Source: Bacteroidales bacterium (GTDB lineage: Bacteria; Bacteroidota; Bacteroidia; Bacteroidales; Cfx3-03). From it: a stretch of 50,061 nt of DNA. A model generated the notes under the pieces. That model saw only the letters and a program-made list of their open reading frames with translations, ran no database searches and was not told the DNA's origin. Below are positions 27,542-39,158 of the stretch, one piece after another (position 1 is the first letter of the stretch; every line of letters starts with the position of its first letter). The stretch is from positions 1 to 50,061 of the forward strand of contig JAHEYR010000003.1 in assembly GCA_023251485.1 (NCBI GenBank). Direction: 5' to 3'. Both the position numbers and the translations under genes were made by a program.

Positions 27542-29086
27542 ATGAAGTTTAAAACGCGCCTTGAATCACTGGCAATTATAACGTTAATCCTTTCAGTTTT
27601 GTGCGTGAATGCACAGCAGCCTGCCATACCCAATAAGCGATTAAACTTTGATCAGGCACTCGAACTTACACGCAATAACAGCCATATCATTAAGCAGGTT
27701 AACTTTTCGCAAAAGGAAAAAGAACAAGATGTTAAAGCTGCTAAGAATCTTTATCTGCCCAAAGTTGGCATTACGGCTAGCTACGTGGCAATGTCTGACA
27801 ATTTACATCTCGATCTAAATCCAATAAAGAGCTCTATAACACCATTATATCAGGCATTAGGCAATTTTGGAAATTTCTCAGGCGTTCCAAATCCTGACCC
27901 TGCCACAAAACAGGTTATGCCTATTTTACCTGATAATTTATCAACAAAGGCTGTTCGCAGTCAGTTATTAGGCGGACTAGAAACCATTGAAGCAGCTAAT
28001 TGGGATCAAATGATTCAGAAGAAAAATTTTGGCAGTGTTTTCGCTGATTTTAATTGGCCGATCTATGCTGGCGGGAAGATCAGATTAGCCAATAAGGTCG
28101 CAGAGATCCATAAAACCGAAGCAGATCAAGTCACCAGCCAAAAAGAAGGTGAGTTGATGAGCGAACTTGCCGAACGATATTTTGGATTATGCTTAGCTCA
28201 ACAAGCTGTACTAGTCAGGACTGATGTTTTCAATGGTGTAGAAAACCATCTGAACGACGCAGTAAAGATGGAGAAAGAGGGGCTCATTGCCAAAGCAGAG
28301 ATGCTCCATGCCAAGGTTTCGGAGGCACAAGCCCAACGAGAATTAAGTAAGGCAAAAAGAACAGCAGATGTTTTGAACACGTCATTACTTAACACATTAG
28401 CATTATCAGAAGAGATAATACTTGAACCTGAAACGGATCTTTTCTATTTGGATAGTATTGAAACAGTAAATTATTTCAAAACGCTTGCACGACAAAATAA
28501 TCCTTTATTAATGCAAGTCAATTCAAAAAAGCTACTTGCCGATCAAGGCTATAAAGCTGAAAGGGCTGAATATTATCCGGTCATTGCATTCGAGGGGATG
28601 TATGATCTGGCCAATAAAGATCTATCGCAATATATGCCGGATTGGACTGTTGGCGTTGGATTAAGGTGGACGCTATTTGATGGATCAACACGTTATAGAA
28701 AAGTAAAAGCCGCAGCCCTAAAGAAGGAAGAGGTAAACGAAATTGGGAACAAAGCACTATCAGACGTTGAGACGATGATTGAAAAGTTATATCATGAATT
28801 GAACATGTATAAGGAACAATTAGCTGAGCTTGAATCGGCCAATGTTTTTGCAGAGGAATATTTAAGAGTCAGAGAGAAAGCTTTTCATGAAGAGATGTCG
28901 AATTCAACCGAGGTTGTCGATGCCCGTCTGGCATTAGCTCAGGTAAAAATTGAACGTTTACAAGCCATGTATGGATTTGATGTCACCCTGGCCCGGATCT
29001 TACAATATGCAGGTATCCCCAATGAATTTCCTGCCTACCAAAAGAGAATGGGAGTGAAAACCGAAAAATATAAACTAACGAAGTAA
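27542..29086 (+). CDS. TolC family outer-membrane efflux protein
   Basis: Signal peptide (ATG at 27542); YLPKV; WPIYAGGKI; WTLFDG; coiled-coil repeats. Confidence 0.9.
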   Translation: MKFKTRLESLAIITLILSVLCVNAQQPAIPNKRLNFDQALELTRNNSHIIKQVNFSQKEKEQDVKAAKNLYLPKVGITASYVAMSDNLHLDLNPIKSSITPLYQALGNFGNFSGVPNPDPATKQVMPILPDNLSTKAVRSQLLGGLETIEAANWDQMIQKKNFGSVFADFNWPIYAGGKIRLANKVAEIHKTEADQVTSQKEGELMSELAERYFGLCLAQQAVLVRTDVFNGVENHLNDAVKMEKEGLIAKAEMLHAKVSEAQAQRELSKAKRTADVLNTSLLNTLALSEEIILEPETDLFYLDSIETVNYFKTLARQNNPLLMQVNSKKLLADQGYKAERAEYYPVIAFEGMYDLANKDLSQYMPDWTVGVGLRWTLFDGSTRYRKVKAAALKKEEVNEIGNKALSDVETMIEKLYHELNMYKEQLAELESANVFAEEYLRVREKAFHEEMSNSTEVVDARLALAQVKIERLQAMYGFDVTLARILQYAGIPNEFPAYQKRMGVKTEKYKLTK

Positions 29087-29117
29087 AGAAATTATCAAAA
29101 GAAAATACATTATAACC

Positions 29118-30119
29118 ATGAATAAGAAAGGAAACCTTTTTGCGGCCATCGGAATTGCAGGATTGCTTATTTTTTTGATATACTCTACATGGATAATCAG
29201 TCATAAAGCGCCATTAGAAGTTCAAGGAGAGGTAGAGGCAACGCAAATTAAAGTAGCTTCAAAATTAGTAGGGAGAATTGATAGCCTACCGATCCATAAA
29301 GGAGATGTAGTAAAAAAGGGGCAACTTCTGTTCACCTTTAAAAGCCCTGAGATAGAAGCAAAATTAGCGCAGGCTCATGCAGCATTACAAGGTGCGAAAG
29401 CGCAAAACCGAAAAGCAATAAATGGCGCTCAGTCCGAAGATATTGAAGCCGCATACAACGCCTATTTAAAAGCTCAGGCTGCAAACGAACTTGCCAAGGT
29501 GACATTTGACCGTGTCAACAATCTATATAAAGAAGGAGTGCTTCCGGCTCAAAAGAAAGATGAAGCAGAAACGAATTATAAAGCAGCACTAGAAACGGCC
29601 AATGCAGCTAAGGCTATCTGGAATAAAGCGAAGAATGGTACCCGAATTGAAGATAAAGATGCTGCCAGATCGCTCGTCACAAGAGCAGAAGGCGTTATAA
29701 ATGAAGTCGAAAGCTACCTTAATGAAACCAGCATCTATTCTCCCATAAATGGAGAGGTGGCTGATATTATTGCTGAATCCGGGGAGTTGGTTTCTGCTGG
29801 TTATCCTGTTGTCACACTGGTGAATCTTAAAGATAGTTGGGTTACTTTTAATTTGCGCGAAGACTTATTGGCTTCAATCCAGATGGGAAGTGTGTTTATG
29901 GCTAAGTTTCCTGCGCTCAAAAACAAAGAAATCATGTTAAAAGTAACGTATATTCATCCATTAGGGAGCTTTGCGACATGGAATGCGACAAAAACTACAG
30001 GAGATTTTGACATGAAGACATTTGAAATCCACGCAGTTCCGGTTGAAAAGATTGACGGACTCAGACCGGGGATGAGTGCACTTGTCAATTGGGAGAAATT
30101 AAAACTAGTCAGCAAATAA
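29118..30119 (+). CDS. HlyD family periplasmic adaptor
   Basis: QGEVEA..VASKLVGRI...GDVVKKGQLL; IYSPINGEV; LRPGMS. Confidence 0.92.
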   Translation: MNKKGNLFAAIGIAGLLIFLIYSTWIISHKAPLEVQGEVEATQIKVASKLVGRIDSLPIHKGDVVKKGQLLFTFKSPEIEAKLAQAHAALQGAKAQNRKAINGAQSEDIEAAYNAYLKAQAANELAKVTFDRVNNLYKEGVLPAQKKDEAETNYKAALETANAAKAIWNKAKNGTRIEDKDAARSLVTRAEGVINEVESYLNETSIYSPINGEVADIIAESGELVSAGYPVVTLVNLKDSWVTFNLREDLLASIQMGSVFMAKFPALKNKEIMLKVTYIHPLGSFATWNATKTTGDFDMKTFEIHAVPVEKIDGLRPGMSALVNWEKLKLVSK

Positions 30120-30158
30120 CTCTAAGCTCAAAATCTTTAGCATTATAGAAATCAGACT

Positions 30159-31340
30159 ATGGAAAATAAAGAAAGGCATCCATTTTTATGGGTAATGCAA
30201 CGGGAATGGAAAAACATTTGGGGTAAATGGCCCTATCTCTTCATGACCATTGTAGGACCTTTAGCTGGATTTTTCCTGGTCATGTGGCTTTTCTCTGCCA
30301 ATGTTCCGCGTAATCTACCTGTCGCAGTTATTGATCTTGATCATTCAAGTCTCTCGCGTCAAGTAAGCAGGATGGTTGATGCAACTCCGATTGCTAAAAT
30401 CAATGCCGATTTTGTAAGTCTGGAGGAAGCTAAAGAATCACTCGAAAAAGGAGAAGTTGATGCGATTATATACATTCCAAAAGATTTAGCAAGAGACATT
30501 ATTAAAGGAGGGAGCTCGGAAGTAACGGTATATGTCAACAACGTAAATGTTGTTAAAAGTGGTTTAATCGGGAGTGGAATCCAAAAAGCACTTGCCACTC
30601 TCTCTGCAGGAATAAAAGTCCAATCACTAATGATGAAAGGGTCTACACAACGACAAGCGATTGCTCAGGCAATGCCTGTTTCATTACGCCCCGTCATCCT
30701 TTTTAATCCCTACACAAGTTATTCATACTATCTTACGTTTGGTTTTTTGCCTGTCATGTTAATTGTATTTACCTTGATGGGCAGTATTTATGCAATAGGA
30801 ACCGAACTTCAATACAAGACTTGTGATGTATGGTTACGTCTTGCTAATGGCAATATATTAACAGCTCTTGCAGGTAAATTACTCCCTTACACCATTTTGT
30901 ATTCTGTAATGGCGATGTTCATGAATATGATTTTATTTAACCGATTAGGATTGCCCTTAAAAGGAGATTTATCGATTATCCTCACAAGTGAATTTCTAAT
31001 GATCGTGAGTTACCAGGCACTTGCTGTATTCATGGTTGGGTTCTCTTCAAACCTCCGGCTAAGTCTTTCATTAGGTGCGGCCTATACCATGATGGCTTTA
31101 ACCTTTTCGGGACTGACATTCCCGCTATTTGGAATGCCTGCACTAGCCCAAGCGTTTGCTCATATTTTCCCTTTCACCTATTGGCTTAAAATATTTATCA
31201 GCCAATCGTTAAGAGGAGAGCCTGTAATAAACTCAATAATACCGCTTTATTCTTTTTTTGCATTTATTGCGCTGGGACTTCTATTTATTCCAAGATTAAA
31301 ATATGTGCTTCAGCATGAGAAATTCTGGGGCAAAATTTAA
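30159..31340 (+). CDS. ABC-2 type permease
   Basis: LPVAVIDLDHSSLSR; LFNP..SY; FSGLTFP. Confidence 0.9.
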   Translation: MENKERHPFLWVMQREWKNIWGKWPYLFMTIVGPLAGFFLVMWLFSANVPRNLPVAVIDLDHSSLSRQVSRMVDATPIAKINADFVSLEEAKESLEKGEVDAIIYIPKDLARDIIKGGSSEVTVYVNNVNVVKSGLIGSGIQKALATLSAGIKVQSLMMKGSTQRQAIAQAMPVSLRPVILFNPYTSYSYYLTFGFLPVMLIVFTLMGSIYAIGTELQYKTCDVWLRLANGNILTALAGKLLPYTILYSVMAMFMNMILFNRLGLPLKGDLSIILTSEFLMIVSYQALAVFMVGFSSNLRLSLSLGAAYTMMALTFSGLTFPLFGMPALAQAFAHIFPFTYWLKIFISQSLRGEPVINSIIPLYSFFAFIALGLLFIPRLKYVLQHEKFWGKI

Positions 31341-31345
31341 CATCT

Positions 31346-32542
31346 ATGTATCTAATTAACAATACAAAAAAGGGGTTAAAAAAGACTGCTGAATATTATA
31401 GTGAAGAGATGAGGCTCATCATGGCTGACGCCGGTGCTGTTTTGCTTTTTATCGTAGCTATGATTATTTATCCTGTCGTTTATTCAATTGGCTATTCAGG
31501 AGAAGTGGTAAAGGATCTACCAGTTGCTGTAGTAGATTTAAATCATTCAAATCTTAGTCGTCAATATAGCAGGATGTTGGATGCAACTGAACAAATCCAT
31601 GTAATTTGCAAACCAGGAAGTCTGAAAGAAGCGGAGAACCTTTTTTATGAAGGGAACATAAAAGGAATCGTATTAATCCCTGAAGATTTTGAGAAAAACA
31701 TTCTCCAGGGTATACAATCAAATGTTACTGTTTATTGTGATGCCAGTTACTTTTTAATTTACAAACAGATATATGCCGGAGCAGCATATTCAACCGGTAC
31801 ATTGAGTGCTGGTGTTGAGATAAAAAAACTTTTAGCACAAGGAAGAGATCTAAATCAGGCTTTGGATCAGAGAGATCCGCTAAAAACAAATGTCATCAGC
31901 TTATATAATCCTTCAGCCGGTTATGGAAGTTTTATTATGCCGGGGGTTTTATTAATTATTTTACAACAAACCTTACTTATTGGAATTGGACTTCTTGGTG
32001 CTACAACACGTGAAAAAATCAAGAACAGAAATCTTATAGTTGAGCCCCTGACTCATGGAGGCTCTATAACTGCGGTCCTTGGTAAAAGCTTAGCCTATCT
32101 GGTTATCTACATGTTTAATGTGTTATTCATTATGGTTGTTATTCCAAAATGGTTTTCTTTTCCGGACAAGAGTGGCTTTTTAACGACCTTACTTCTCACC
32201 ATTCCTTATATTTTATCTATCTCCTTTCTGGGAATCACAATTAGTGTATTATTTAAGAAAAGGGCACATGCCTTATTATTTATGGTATTCCTTTCGAATG
32301 TCATTCTTTTCTTCAGCGGTCTTTCATGGCCATCGGCAGCATTACCTCCACTCTTATACAAAATTGCGCATATTTTCCCCAGTACCTTAATGATCCCAGC
32401 CTATTTGCGTGTAAGGATAATGGGGGCTCCATTAAGTTCTGTTGCTTATGAATACACCTTCATCTTGGTTCAGATGGTAGTTTATTTCGTACTGGCATGT
32501 GTAGCTTATAAATTTTCATCTAAAAAACTGGCAAGAGAATAA
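31346..32542 (+). CDS. ABC-2 type permease (second paralogue)
   Basis: LPVAVVDLNHSNLSR; LYNPSAGYGSF; FSGLSWP. Confidence 0.9.
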   Translation: MYLINNTKKGLKKTAEYYSEEMRLIMADAGAVLLFIVAMIIYPVVYSIGYSGEVVKDLPVAVVDLNHSNLSRQYSRMLDATEQIHVICKPGSLKEAENLFYEGNIKGIVLIPEDFEKNILQGIQSNVTVYCDASYFLIYKQIYAGAAYSTGTLSAGVEIKKLLAQGRDLNQALDQRDPLKTNVISLYNPSAGYGSFIMPGVLLIILQQTLLIGIGLLGATTREKIKNRNLIVEPLTHGGSITAVLGKSLAYLVIYMFNVLFIMVVIPKWFSFPDKSGFLTTLLLTIPYILSISFLGITISVLFKKRAHALLFMVFLSNVILFFSGLSWPSAALPPLLYKIAHIFPSTLMIPAYLRVRIMGAPLSSVAYEYTFILVQMVVYFVLACVAYKFSSKKLARE

Positions 32543-32548
32543 ATCAAC

Positions 32549-33343
32549 ATGGGAAATCATACATTTCAACTAAAAAGCTATCTCGCCTATAAACTCAAGG
32601 CAAAAAATCTACATCATCTACATTCACCTTTTGCATTTAGTTTAACAAAAGATGTAATTTACAACAAGTTGCGTTTACCTGCCTATCAACAAATTAACAC
32701 ATTGCGAAAGCAACTTCAAAGCAACCTATCTGTGATAGAGGTTCATGATTTTGGAGCGGGAGCAGGTAATCAGAAATATACTGAAAAGCTAAAAAGTGTT
32801 TCTTCCATTTTCGAAAACAACAGCATTCGTAAAAAATACGGAGAGCTTCTATACCGACTTGTTGACTATTTCAAACCTGGTTATATATTGGAGTTAGGAA
32901 CTTCGTTAGGTATCAGTACAGCCTATCAAGCGCTAGCAGCTCCAAATGCCATTTTCATCACAGCCGAAGGATGTTCGGGAATTGCTGAAAAAGCTAATGA
33001 AAATTTTCAGTTGTTAAAATTGAATAACGTTAAGATTGAAATCGGCAATTTTGACACCTTACTTGAACCGATTCTGGAGAAACTCCCCAAAATAGACTTT
33101 GCATTTATTGATGGAAATCATCGTAAAGATCCAACCATTCGTTATTTCCAACACTGTCTCAAAAAATCACATAACGACACGGTACTTGTGTTTGATGATA
33201 TCCACTGGTCGCCTGACATGAATGAAGCATGGAACTTTATATCACAACACGAATCAGTGACACTTTCACTTGATCTATTTCAATTTGGAATAGTCTTCTT
33301 CAAAAAAGAGCTCAGTAAAGAAACCTTTGTCATTGAGTATTAA
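32549..33343 (+). CDS. class I SAM-dependent methyltransferase
   Basis: LHSPF; ILELGTSLGIST; FAFIDGNH; VFDDIHWS. Confidence 0.9.
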   Translation: MGNHTFQLKSYLAYKLKAKNLHHLHSPFAFSLTKDVIYNKLRLPAYQQINTLRKQLQSNLSVIEVHDFGAGAGNQKYTEKLKSVSSIFENNSIRKKYGELLYRLVDYFKPGYILELGTSLGISTAYQALAAPNAIFITAEGCSGIAEKANENFQLLKLNNVKIEIGNFDTLLEPILEKLPKIDFAFIDGNHRKDPTIRYFQHCLKKSHNDTVLVFDDIHWSPDMNEAWNFISQHESVTLSLDLFQFGIVFFKKELSKETFVIEY

Positions 33344-33480
33344 AACATTCAAATTATTTTATTTTTTTCTGAGGATGGAATAAAAATAACTATTTTTGAT
33401 ACAGAAAGCCTGGACTATTAAAGTTTGGATAATCTTCACTACATTTACTCATTCTATCGTAAGCACTAATTATTAAGTCT

Positions 33481-34206
33481 ATGAAAAAAGAGGTCATTAC
33501 ACTAAAAGATATTGTTAGAAATTACCGAGTTGGTACCGAAACAGTACGAGCCTTACGAAAAGTTTCACTTAACATCTATCAGGGAGAATTTGTTGCGTTA
33601 ATGGGGCCATCAGGTTCAGGGAAATCAACATTAATGAACATCTTAGGCTGCTTAGACACACCTACTAGTGGAGAATATTGGCTCAACAGCCATGACGTAA
33701 GCAAGTTAGACGACAGTTCTTTAGCTGAAATACGAAATCGTGAGATTGGCTTTGTTTTTCAGACATTTAATCTTCTCCCACGTTCTTCTGCACTTGAAAA
33801 CGTAATGCTTCCTCAGATTTATGCAGGGATACCGAAACAAGCACGTATCGAACGAGCCAGAGAGGTACTTTTAGATGTAAAATTGGAGGATAGAATGGAC
33901 CATAAGCCAAACGAACTCTCAGGAGGACAACGTCAACGTGTAGCTGTTGCACGCGCACTTGTAAATAAACCATCTATTATACTTGCCGATGAGCCAACAG
34001 GGAATCTTGATTCAAAGACTTCACATGAGATAATGGGGCTAATTGAACATATTCATAAATCAGGCAACACAATTATCTTAGTAACTCACGAAGAAGACAT
34101 TGCAAAACATGCCCATAGAATCGTTCGTTTAAAAGATGGCGAAATAGCATCGGACGAAATGAATGATGACATAAGAACAGTTTCGTTTTACGAAAACGAA
34201 AATTAA
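33481..34206 (+). CDS. ABC transporter ATP-binding protein (LolD/MacB-like)
   Basis: [39 protein letters not shown]. Confidence 0.94.
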   Translation: MKKEVITLKDIVRNYRVGTETVRALRKVSLNIYQGEFVALMGPSGSGKSTLMNILGCLDTPTSGEYWLNSHDVSKLDDSSLAEIRNREIGFVFQTFNLLPRSSALENVMLPQIYAGIPKQARIERAREVLLDVKLEDRMDHKPNELSGGQRQRVAVARALVNKPSIILADEPTGNLDSKTSHEIMGLIEHIHKSGNTIILVTHEEDIAKHAHRIVRLKDGEIASDEMNDDIRTVSFYENEN

Positions 34207-34263
34207 CCAACAGTTGAACTCTTTTCGATCATTTTGGTTAGCCTTCTCTGTAAACTGTTGAAC

Positions 34264-34824
34264 ATGCAAAAAGAATGGAAGATCTATACTCGTACCGGCG
34301 ATTTGGGACAAACCTCATTAATCGGAGGTAGACGAGTACCCAAATATCATGATAAAATTGAAGCTTATGGCACTGTTGATGAGCTATGTGCATTCATCGG
34401 TGTTATCAGAGATCATGATATTGATGCTGAGACACGGTCTTTCTTAATCAAAATACAAGAAGACTTATTTGTAATTGAAGCACTACTCGCGGCAGATTCC
34501 GATGTTGAAAAGCAAAAACTTCCTCTACTTTCAGAAAGTGAAGTAACGAAACTGGAAACGGCTATCGATGAAATGAATAAGTCACTCAACGCACTCACTA
34601 CCTTTATCTTACCAGGTGGACATGTTGTGGTATCTTATTGTCATGTAGCCAGAACTATTTGTAGGAGAGCAGAACGAACAGTTCTAAAGCTTTTTCCAGA
34701 GAATCCTGTTGACCCTATTTGCCAAAAGTATCTCAACAGACTATCCGATTATCTCTTTGTACTAGCACGAAAACTGAGCAAGGATTTAAATGTAGAAGAA
34801 AAACCCTGGATACCAACAATTTAA
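34264..34824 (+). CDS. PduO-type ATP:cob(I)alamin adenosyltransferase
   Basis: KIYTRTGDLGQT, AYGTVDEL, FILPGG, ARTICRRAER, YLNRLSDYLF; ATG at 34264. Confidence 0.93.
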   Translation: MQKEWKIYTRTGDLGQTSLIGGRRVPKYHDKIEAYGTVDELCAFIGVIRDHDIDAETRSFLIKIQEDLFVIEALLAADSDVEKQKLPLLSESEVTKLETAIDEMNKSLNALTTFILPGGHVVVSYCHVARTICRRAERTVLKLFPENPVDPICQKYLNRLSDYLFVLARKLSKDLNVEEKPWIPTI

Positions 34825-34925
34825 TTTTATTTTATTTTTTTTATAAAGAAATAAAAAAGAGCTTGTTTTCTTAATAGAAAAAATTACTTTTGCAAAATGA
34901 AACAACCCCCAAAATCTTCATATAT

Positions 34926-35147
34926 ATGTATTGGACGTTAGAATTAGCATCAAAACTCGAAGACGCTCCATGGCCTGCCACCAAAGAGGAGTTGCTCGAC
35001 TATGCCATTCGCTCTGGAGCCCCTATGGAAGTTATCGAGAACTTGCAGGAAATAGAGGACGAGGGTGAGATCTACGAAAGTATTGATGATCTTTGGCCTG
35101 AATATCCAACGAAGGAAGACTTTTTTTTCCACGAAGACGAATATTAA
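34926..35147 (+). CDS. DUF2795 family small acidic protein
   Basis: MYWTLELASKLEDAPWPATKEELLDYAIRSGAP...; ATG at 34926; TACTTTTG box at 34885-34892. Confidence 0.9.
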   Translation: MYWTLELASKLEDAPWPATKEELLDYAIRSGAPMEVIENLQEIEDEGEIYESIDDLWPEYPTKEDFFFHEDEY

Positions 35148-35153
35148 GTCTAC

Positions 35154-35188
35154 AAAAGGCATCCTAAAAATGGATGCCTTTTGTTTTT
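35154..35188 (+). terminator. intrinsic terminator
   Basis: AAAAGGCATCC-taaaaat-GGATGCCTTTT followed by GTTTTT. Confidence 0.85.
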
Positions 35189-35356
35189 CAATGAAACAAC
35201 AGTTACTTTTTAAAGAAAAATCAAGTAACTTTGCTTCTGGAACTTTTTCCCCTATAAAATAAAAAACAGTAATTCAGTCTGATAAAACTGACAATTTGTC
35301 GTTGGCATTAGTTTTGTTTTACAAAAGTCTTGTGCTAAATAAAATAAAAAAACACC

Positions 35357-38300
35357 ATGGTAAACTTTCTCTCAAAACTTTTCGGAACAAAAGCTGAAAA
35401 AGACTTAAAAGAACTAAACCCGATTCTGAATACTACCCTTAAGGTATATCCTGAAATTGCTAAATTATCAAACGATGAATTAAGAGCTAAAACCATTGAG
35501 TTTAAAGCTGCAATAAAGGAAAGAATAAAAGCTGAGGAAGATGAGATCGCATCTATAAAAGAACGTATCGATTCTGACTATGAAATGGATGTTGAAGAGA
35601 AAGAAACCCTCTATCAGACCATAGAAAAACTTGAAAAAGATTGCTATAGCAAAACACAGGTAATTCTTAATGAGATACTACCGGAAGCATTCTCTGTAAT
35701 GACAGAGACCGCTAAACGTTTTAAAGAAAATGAGATCATTGAAGTTACGGCTACAGATTTTGATCGCGATCTGGCAACGAGAAGAGCCAATATCAGCATC
35801 GAAGGAGACAAAGCTTATTTTCAAAATAGTTGGATGGCAGGTGGTAATCTTATTACCTGGGATATGGCTCATTATGATGTTCAGCTTATCGGTGGTATTG
35901 TTTTGCATCAGGGTAAAATATCTGAAATGGCTACCGGTGAAGGAAAAACACTGGTTGCAACATTACCTATTTATCTTAACGCACTGCCAGGTAAGGGGGT
36001 TCACCTTGTTACAGTAAATGACTATCTGGCAAAACGTGACTCTGAATGGATGGGCATGCTTTATGAATTTCATGGTCTGAAAGTGGATTGCATCGATCGC
36101 CATGCGCCTAACTCTACGGAAAGAAGAAACGCCTATTTAGCCGATATCACTTACGGTACAAACAACGAATTTGGTTTCGACTACCTCCGTGACAATATGA
36201 CTCACGATCCGGATGAAATGGTTCAACGTGAACACAACTTTGCGATTGTGGATGAGGTTGACTCTGTTTTAATCGATGATGCCCGTACCCCACTGATCAT
36301 CTCCGGCCCTACCCCTCGTGGTGATCATCAGGAGTTCGACGATCTAAAGCCTCAGGTAACAAAGCTGTATAATGCTCAACGTACTTATGTTACAAGTCTA
36401 TTAGCCGATGCTAAAAGGTTATTACAAGAAGACAAAAGCAATGACGACAAAAAAAAAGGTGCAGACTATTTACTTAGAGCGTATAGAGGACTTCCAAAAC
36501 ACAAGCCCCTCATCAAGTTCTTAAGTGAGCCTGGTATCAAGTCGTTGCTACAAAGCACAGAGAATTATTATATGCAGGAGCAAAATCGCAACATGCATAT
36601 CATAGATGAGCCCCTCTTCTTTGTTATTGACGAAAAAAATAATCAAATAGAGCTTACCGATAAAGGTATTGATCTCTTAAGTCAATCATATAGTGATAAC
36701 AACTTCTTCCTCTTACCCGATGTAGGATTAGAAATAGCAGAGATAGAACATCAGGGATTATCTGATGCCGAGAAGGTTGAGAAGAAGAGCGTGTTGCTAA
36801 GTGATTATTCCATAAAATCCGAACGTGTTCATACTGTAAATCAATTATTACGTGCCTACGCATTATTCGAAATCGATGTTCAATATGTAGTCATGGATAA
36901 CAAGGTTAAAATTGTTGATGAGGGTACCGGTCGTATTCTTGAAGGCCGTCGTTATTCAGATGGACTACATCAGGCAATTGAAGCAAAAGAAAACGTTCAG
37001 ATTGAAGCAGCAACCCAAACATATGCTACCATTACACTCCAGAACTACTTCAGGATGTACAAGAAGCTGGCAGGTATGACAGGTACTGCTATTACAGAAG
37101 CTGGTGAGTTCTGGGACATCTACAAACTGGATGTAGTTGAGATCCCCACAAACAAACCAATTGTAAGAAACGACCGTGAAGATTTAATCTATAAATCGAA
37201 AAGAGCGAAATTTAATGCTGTAATTGACGAAGTTGAAGTACTTGTTAAAGCAGGACGTCCTGTGTTAGTTGGTACTACTTCTGTTGAAACATCTGAACTC
37301 TTAAGCCGTATGTTGAGTTTACGCAATATTAAACACAATGTATTAAACGCGAAGTTCCATCAACGTGAAGCTGAAATTGTTCAGGAAGCTGGTAAAACAA
37401 GTACGGTAACAATCGCAACAAACATGGCAGGTCGTGGTACCGACATCAAGTTAGGACCCGGCGTAAAAGAAGCAGGTGGACTTGCTATTATTGGTACAGA
37501 ACGTCACGAATCACGTCGTGTAGACCGCCAGTTAAGAGGTCGTGCCGGACGTCAGGGTGACCCCGGTTCTTCCCAATTCTTTGTATCGCTTGAGGACGAC
37601 CTGATGCGTATGTTTGGTTCGGCCCGTATTGCGAAAGTAATGGACAGCCTCGGATTGAAAGAAGGTGAGGTCATTCAGCATTCAATGATTACCAAGTCTA
37701 TAGAACGTGCCCAAAAGAAAGTTGAAGAGAATAACTTCGGTATTCGTAAGCGTTTGCTTGAATATGACGACGTTATGAACCAACAACGTGAGGTAATCTA
37801 TAAGAAACGTCGTCACGCTCTGTTTGGAGAACGCTTGGCTGTCGATATTGCCAATATGATGTACGATGTTTGCGAACAGATTGTTTCTGATCATCAGGAG
37901 GCAGGCGACTATGATGGATTCATCACAAGCACCTTAAAGAACCTGGCTATCGATCCGAAAGTGAGCGCGGAAGAGTTTGAAAAGACCAATAAGGATGAAT
38001 TAACCAATAGAATCTATCTCGATCTATATGCTAGTTATAAGGCAAAGACAAAACTGATTGCCGAAAGAGCTACGCCTGTCATCAGAGATGTCTATGAAAA
38101 CCATCCTCATTACGAAAATATCGCGATTCCATTTACCGATGGAAGAAAAACCATGCAGGTAGTTGCCAACTTAAAGAAAGCATATACTGATCGTGGTCGT
38201 GAGGTAATTCTTTCTTTTGAAAAAGGAATCTGTTTGGCTAGCATTGATGATGCATGGAAAGAACATCTTAGAGAATTAGATGATTTGAAACAAAGTGTTC

Positions 38301-38650
38301 AAAATGCATCGTATGAGCAAAAAGATCCACTATTAATTTATAAATTTGAATCGTTCAATCTATTCAAACAATTAATTTTAAAGGTTAATCGCGAAATAAG
38401 TTCATTCCTATTAAAAGGAAATTTACCTATGACTGATCCAGAGCAGGTTAAAGAGGCACCTCATGTTCCTAAGAACAGTGATCGCTCTAAAGTAAGAGAA
38501 GGAAGACAAGATCCACTTTCTCAAGTTGGACCTACATCGCAACCCGAAATTACTGCACCTATTCACGTGGAGAAGAGAGTTGGACGAAACGACTTATGCC
38601 CTTGTGGTAGTGGTAAGAAGTACAAAAATTGTCACGGTAAAGAAGAATAA
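35357..38650 (+). CDS. secA: preprotein translocase ATPase SecA
   Basis: [61 protein letters not shown]; C-terminal SEC-C motif [14 protein letters not shown]. Confidence 0.99.
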   Translation: MVNFLSKLFGTKAEKDLKELNPILNTTLKVYPEIAKLSNDELRAKTIEFKAAIKERIKAEEDEIASIKERIDSDYEMDVEEKETLYQTIEKLEKDCYSKTQVILNEILPEAFSVMTETAKRFKENEIIEVTATDFDRDLATRRANISIEGDKAYFQNSWMAGGNLITWDMAHYDVQLIGGIVLHQGKISEMATGEGKTLVATLPIYLNALPGKGVHLVTVNDYLAKRDSEWMGMLYEFHGLKVDCIDRHAPNSTERRNAYLADITYGTNNEFGFDYLRDNMTHDPDEMVQREHNFAIVDEVDSVLIDDARTPLIISGPTPRGDHQEFDDLKPQVTKLYNAQRTYVTSLLADAKRLLQEDKSNDDKKKGADYLLRAYRGLPKHKPLIKFLSEPGIKSLLQSTENYYMQEQNRNMHIIDEPLFFVIDEKNNQIELTDKGIDLLSQSYSDNNFFLLPDVGLEIAEIEHQGLSDAEKVEKKSVLLSDYSIKSERVHTVNQLLRAYALFEIDVQYVVMDNKVKIVDEGTGRILEGRRYSDGLHQAIEAKENVQIEAATQTYATITLQNYFRMYKKLAGMTGTAITEAGEFWDIYKLDVVEIPTNKPIVRNDREDLIYKSKRAKFNAVIDEVEVLVKAGRPVLVGTTSVETSELLSRMLSLRNIKHNVLNAKFHQREAEIVQEAGKTSTVTIATNMAGRGTDIKLGPGVKEAGGLAIIGTERHESRRVDRQLRGRAGRQGDPGSSQFFVSLEDDLMRMFGSARIAKVMDSLGLKEGEVIQHSMITKSIERAQKKVEENNFGIRKRLLEYDDVMNQQREVIYKKRRHALFGERLAVDIANMMYDVCEQIVSDHQEAGDYDGFITSTLKNLAIDPKVSAEEFEKTNKDELTNRIYLDLYASYKAKTKLIAERATPVIRDVYENHPHYENIAIPFTDGRKTMQVVANLKKAYTDRGREVILSFEKGICLASIDDAWKEHLRELDDLKQSVQNASYEQKDPLLIYKFESFNLFKQLILKVNREISSFLLKGNLPMTDPEQVKEAPHVPKNSDRSKVREGRQDPLSQVGPTSQPEITAPIHVEKRVGRNDLCPCGSGKKYKNCHGKEE

Positions 38651-38684
38651 TTTTATAAACGACGGAAAATAAGATATAAAAGAC

Positions 38685-39113
38685 ATGAAAAGACTAATCT
38701 ATTTTATTGGCTTGATTATTTTGTTTTCCGTCGTCTCTTTCGGATGTCAGAAAGACGCACAATCGAAAGGAACTCTTTACACTCCTTATGCTGATATCAT
38801 AAATCCTCCTGATACATTTATGATCTACTATAATTCATTATCATATGGCGCCCAACTATCAGGAAAAATTCAATTCAAAGCCGATGCTGTATGGTCAATT
38901 ACCCAATTGCCAGGCACACCTTTATTAGCCTGGTTTAACAGAGCTGATAAAACAGACCCTTTTCAATTTGCAGCTGAAACAACAGTTGGACTTCAAGGAA
39001 ACTACGGCTATGATTTATCCGTTAAAAACACAACGGCTCCTAATGGAGTCAGCATCTATTTACAATTCATCAAAAAGAATCAAAGCTATGACACTTTTAG
39101 TACGAAATACTAA
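38685..39113 (+). CDS. hypothetical lipoprotein
   Basis: Lipobox SFGC; 142-aa ORF filling the secA-pyrH gap. Confidence 0.75.
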   Translation: MKRLIYFIGLIILFSVVSFGCQKDAQSKGTLYTPYADIINPPDTFMIYYNSLSYGAQLSGKIQFKADAVWSITQLPGTPLLAWFNRADKTDPFQFAAETTVGLQGNYGYDLSVKNTTAPNGVSIYLQFIKKNQSYDTFSTKY

Positions 39114-39158
39114 TCGTTAGCGTCTGATCATACGCGTCATTATAAACTATTTTAACGT

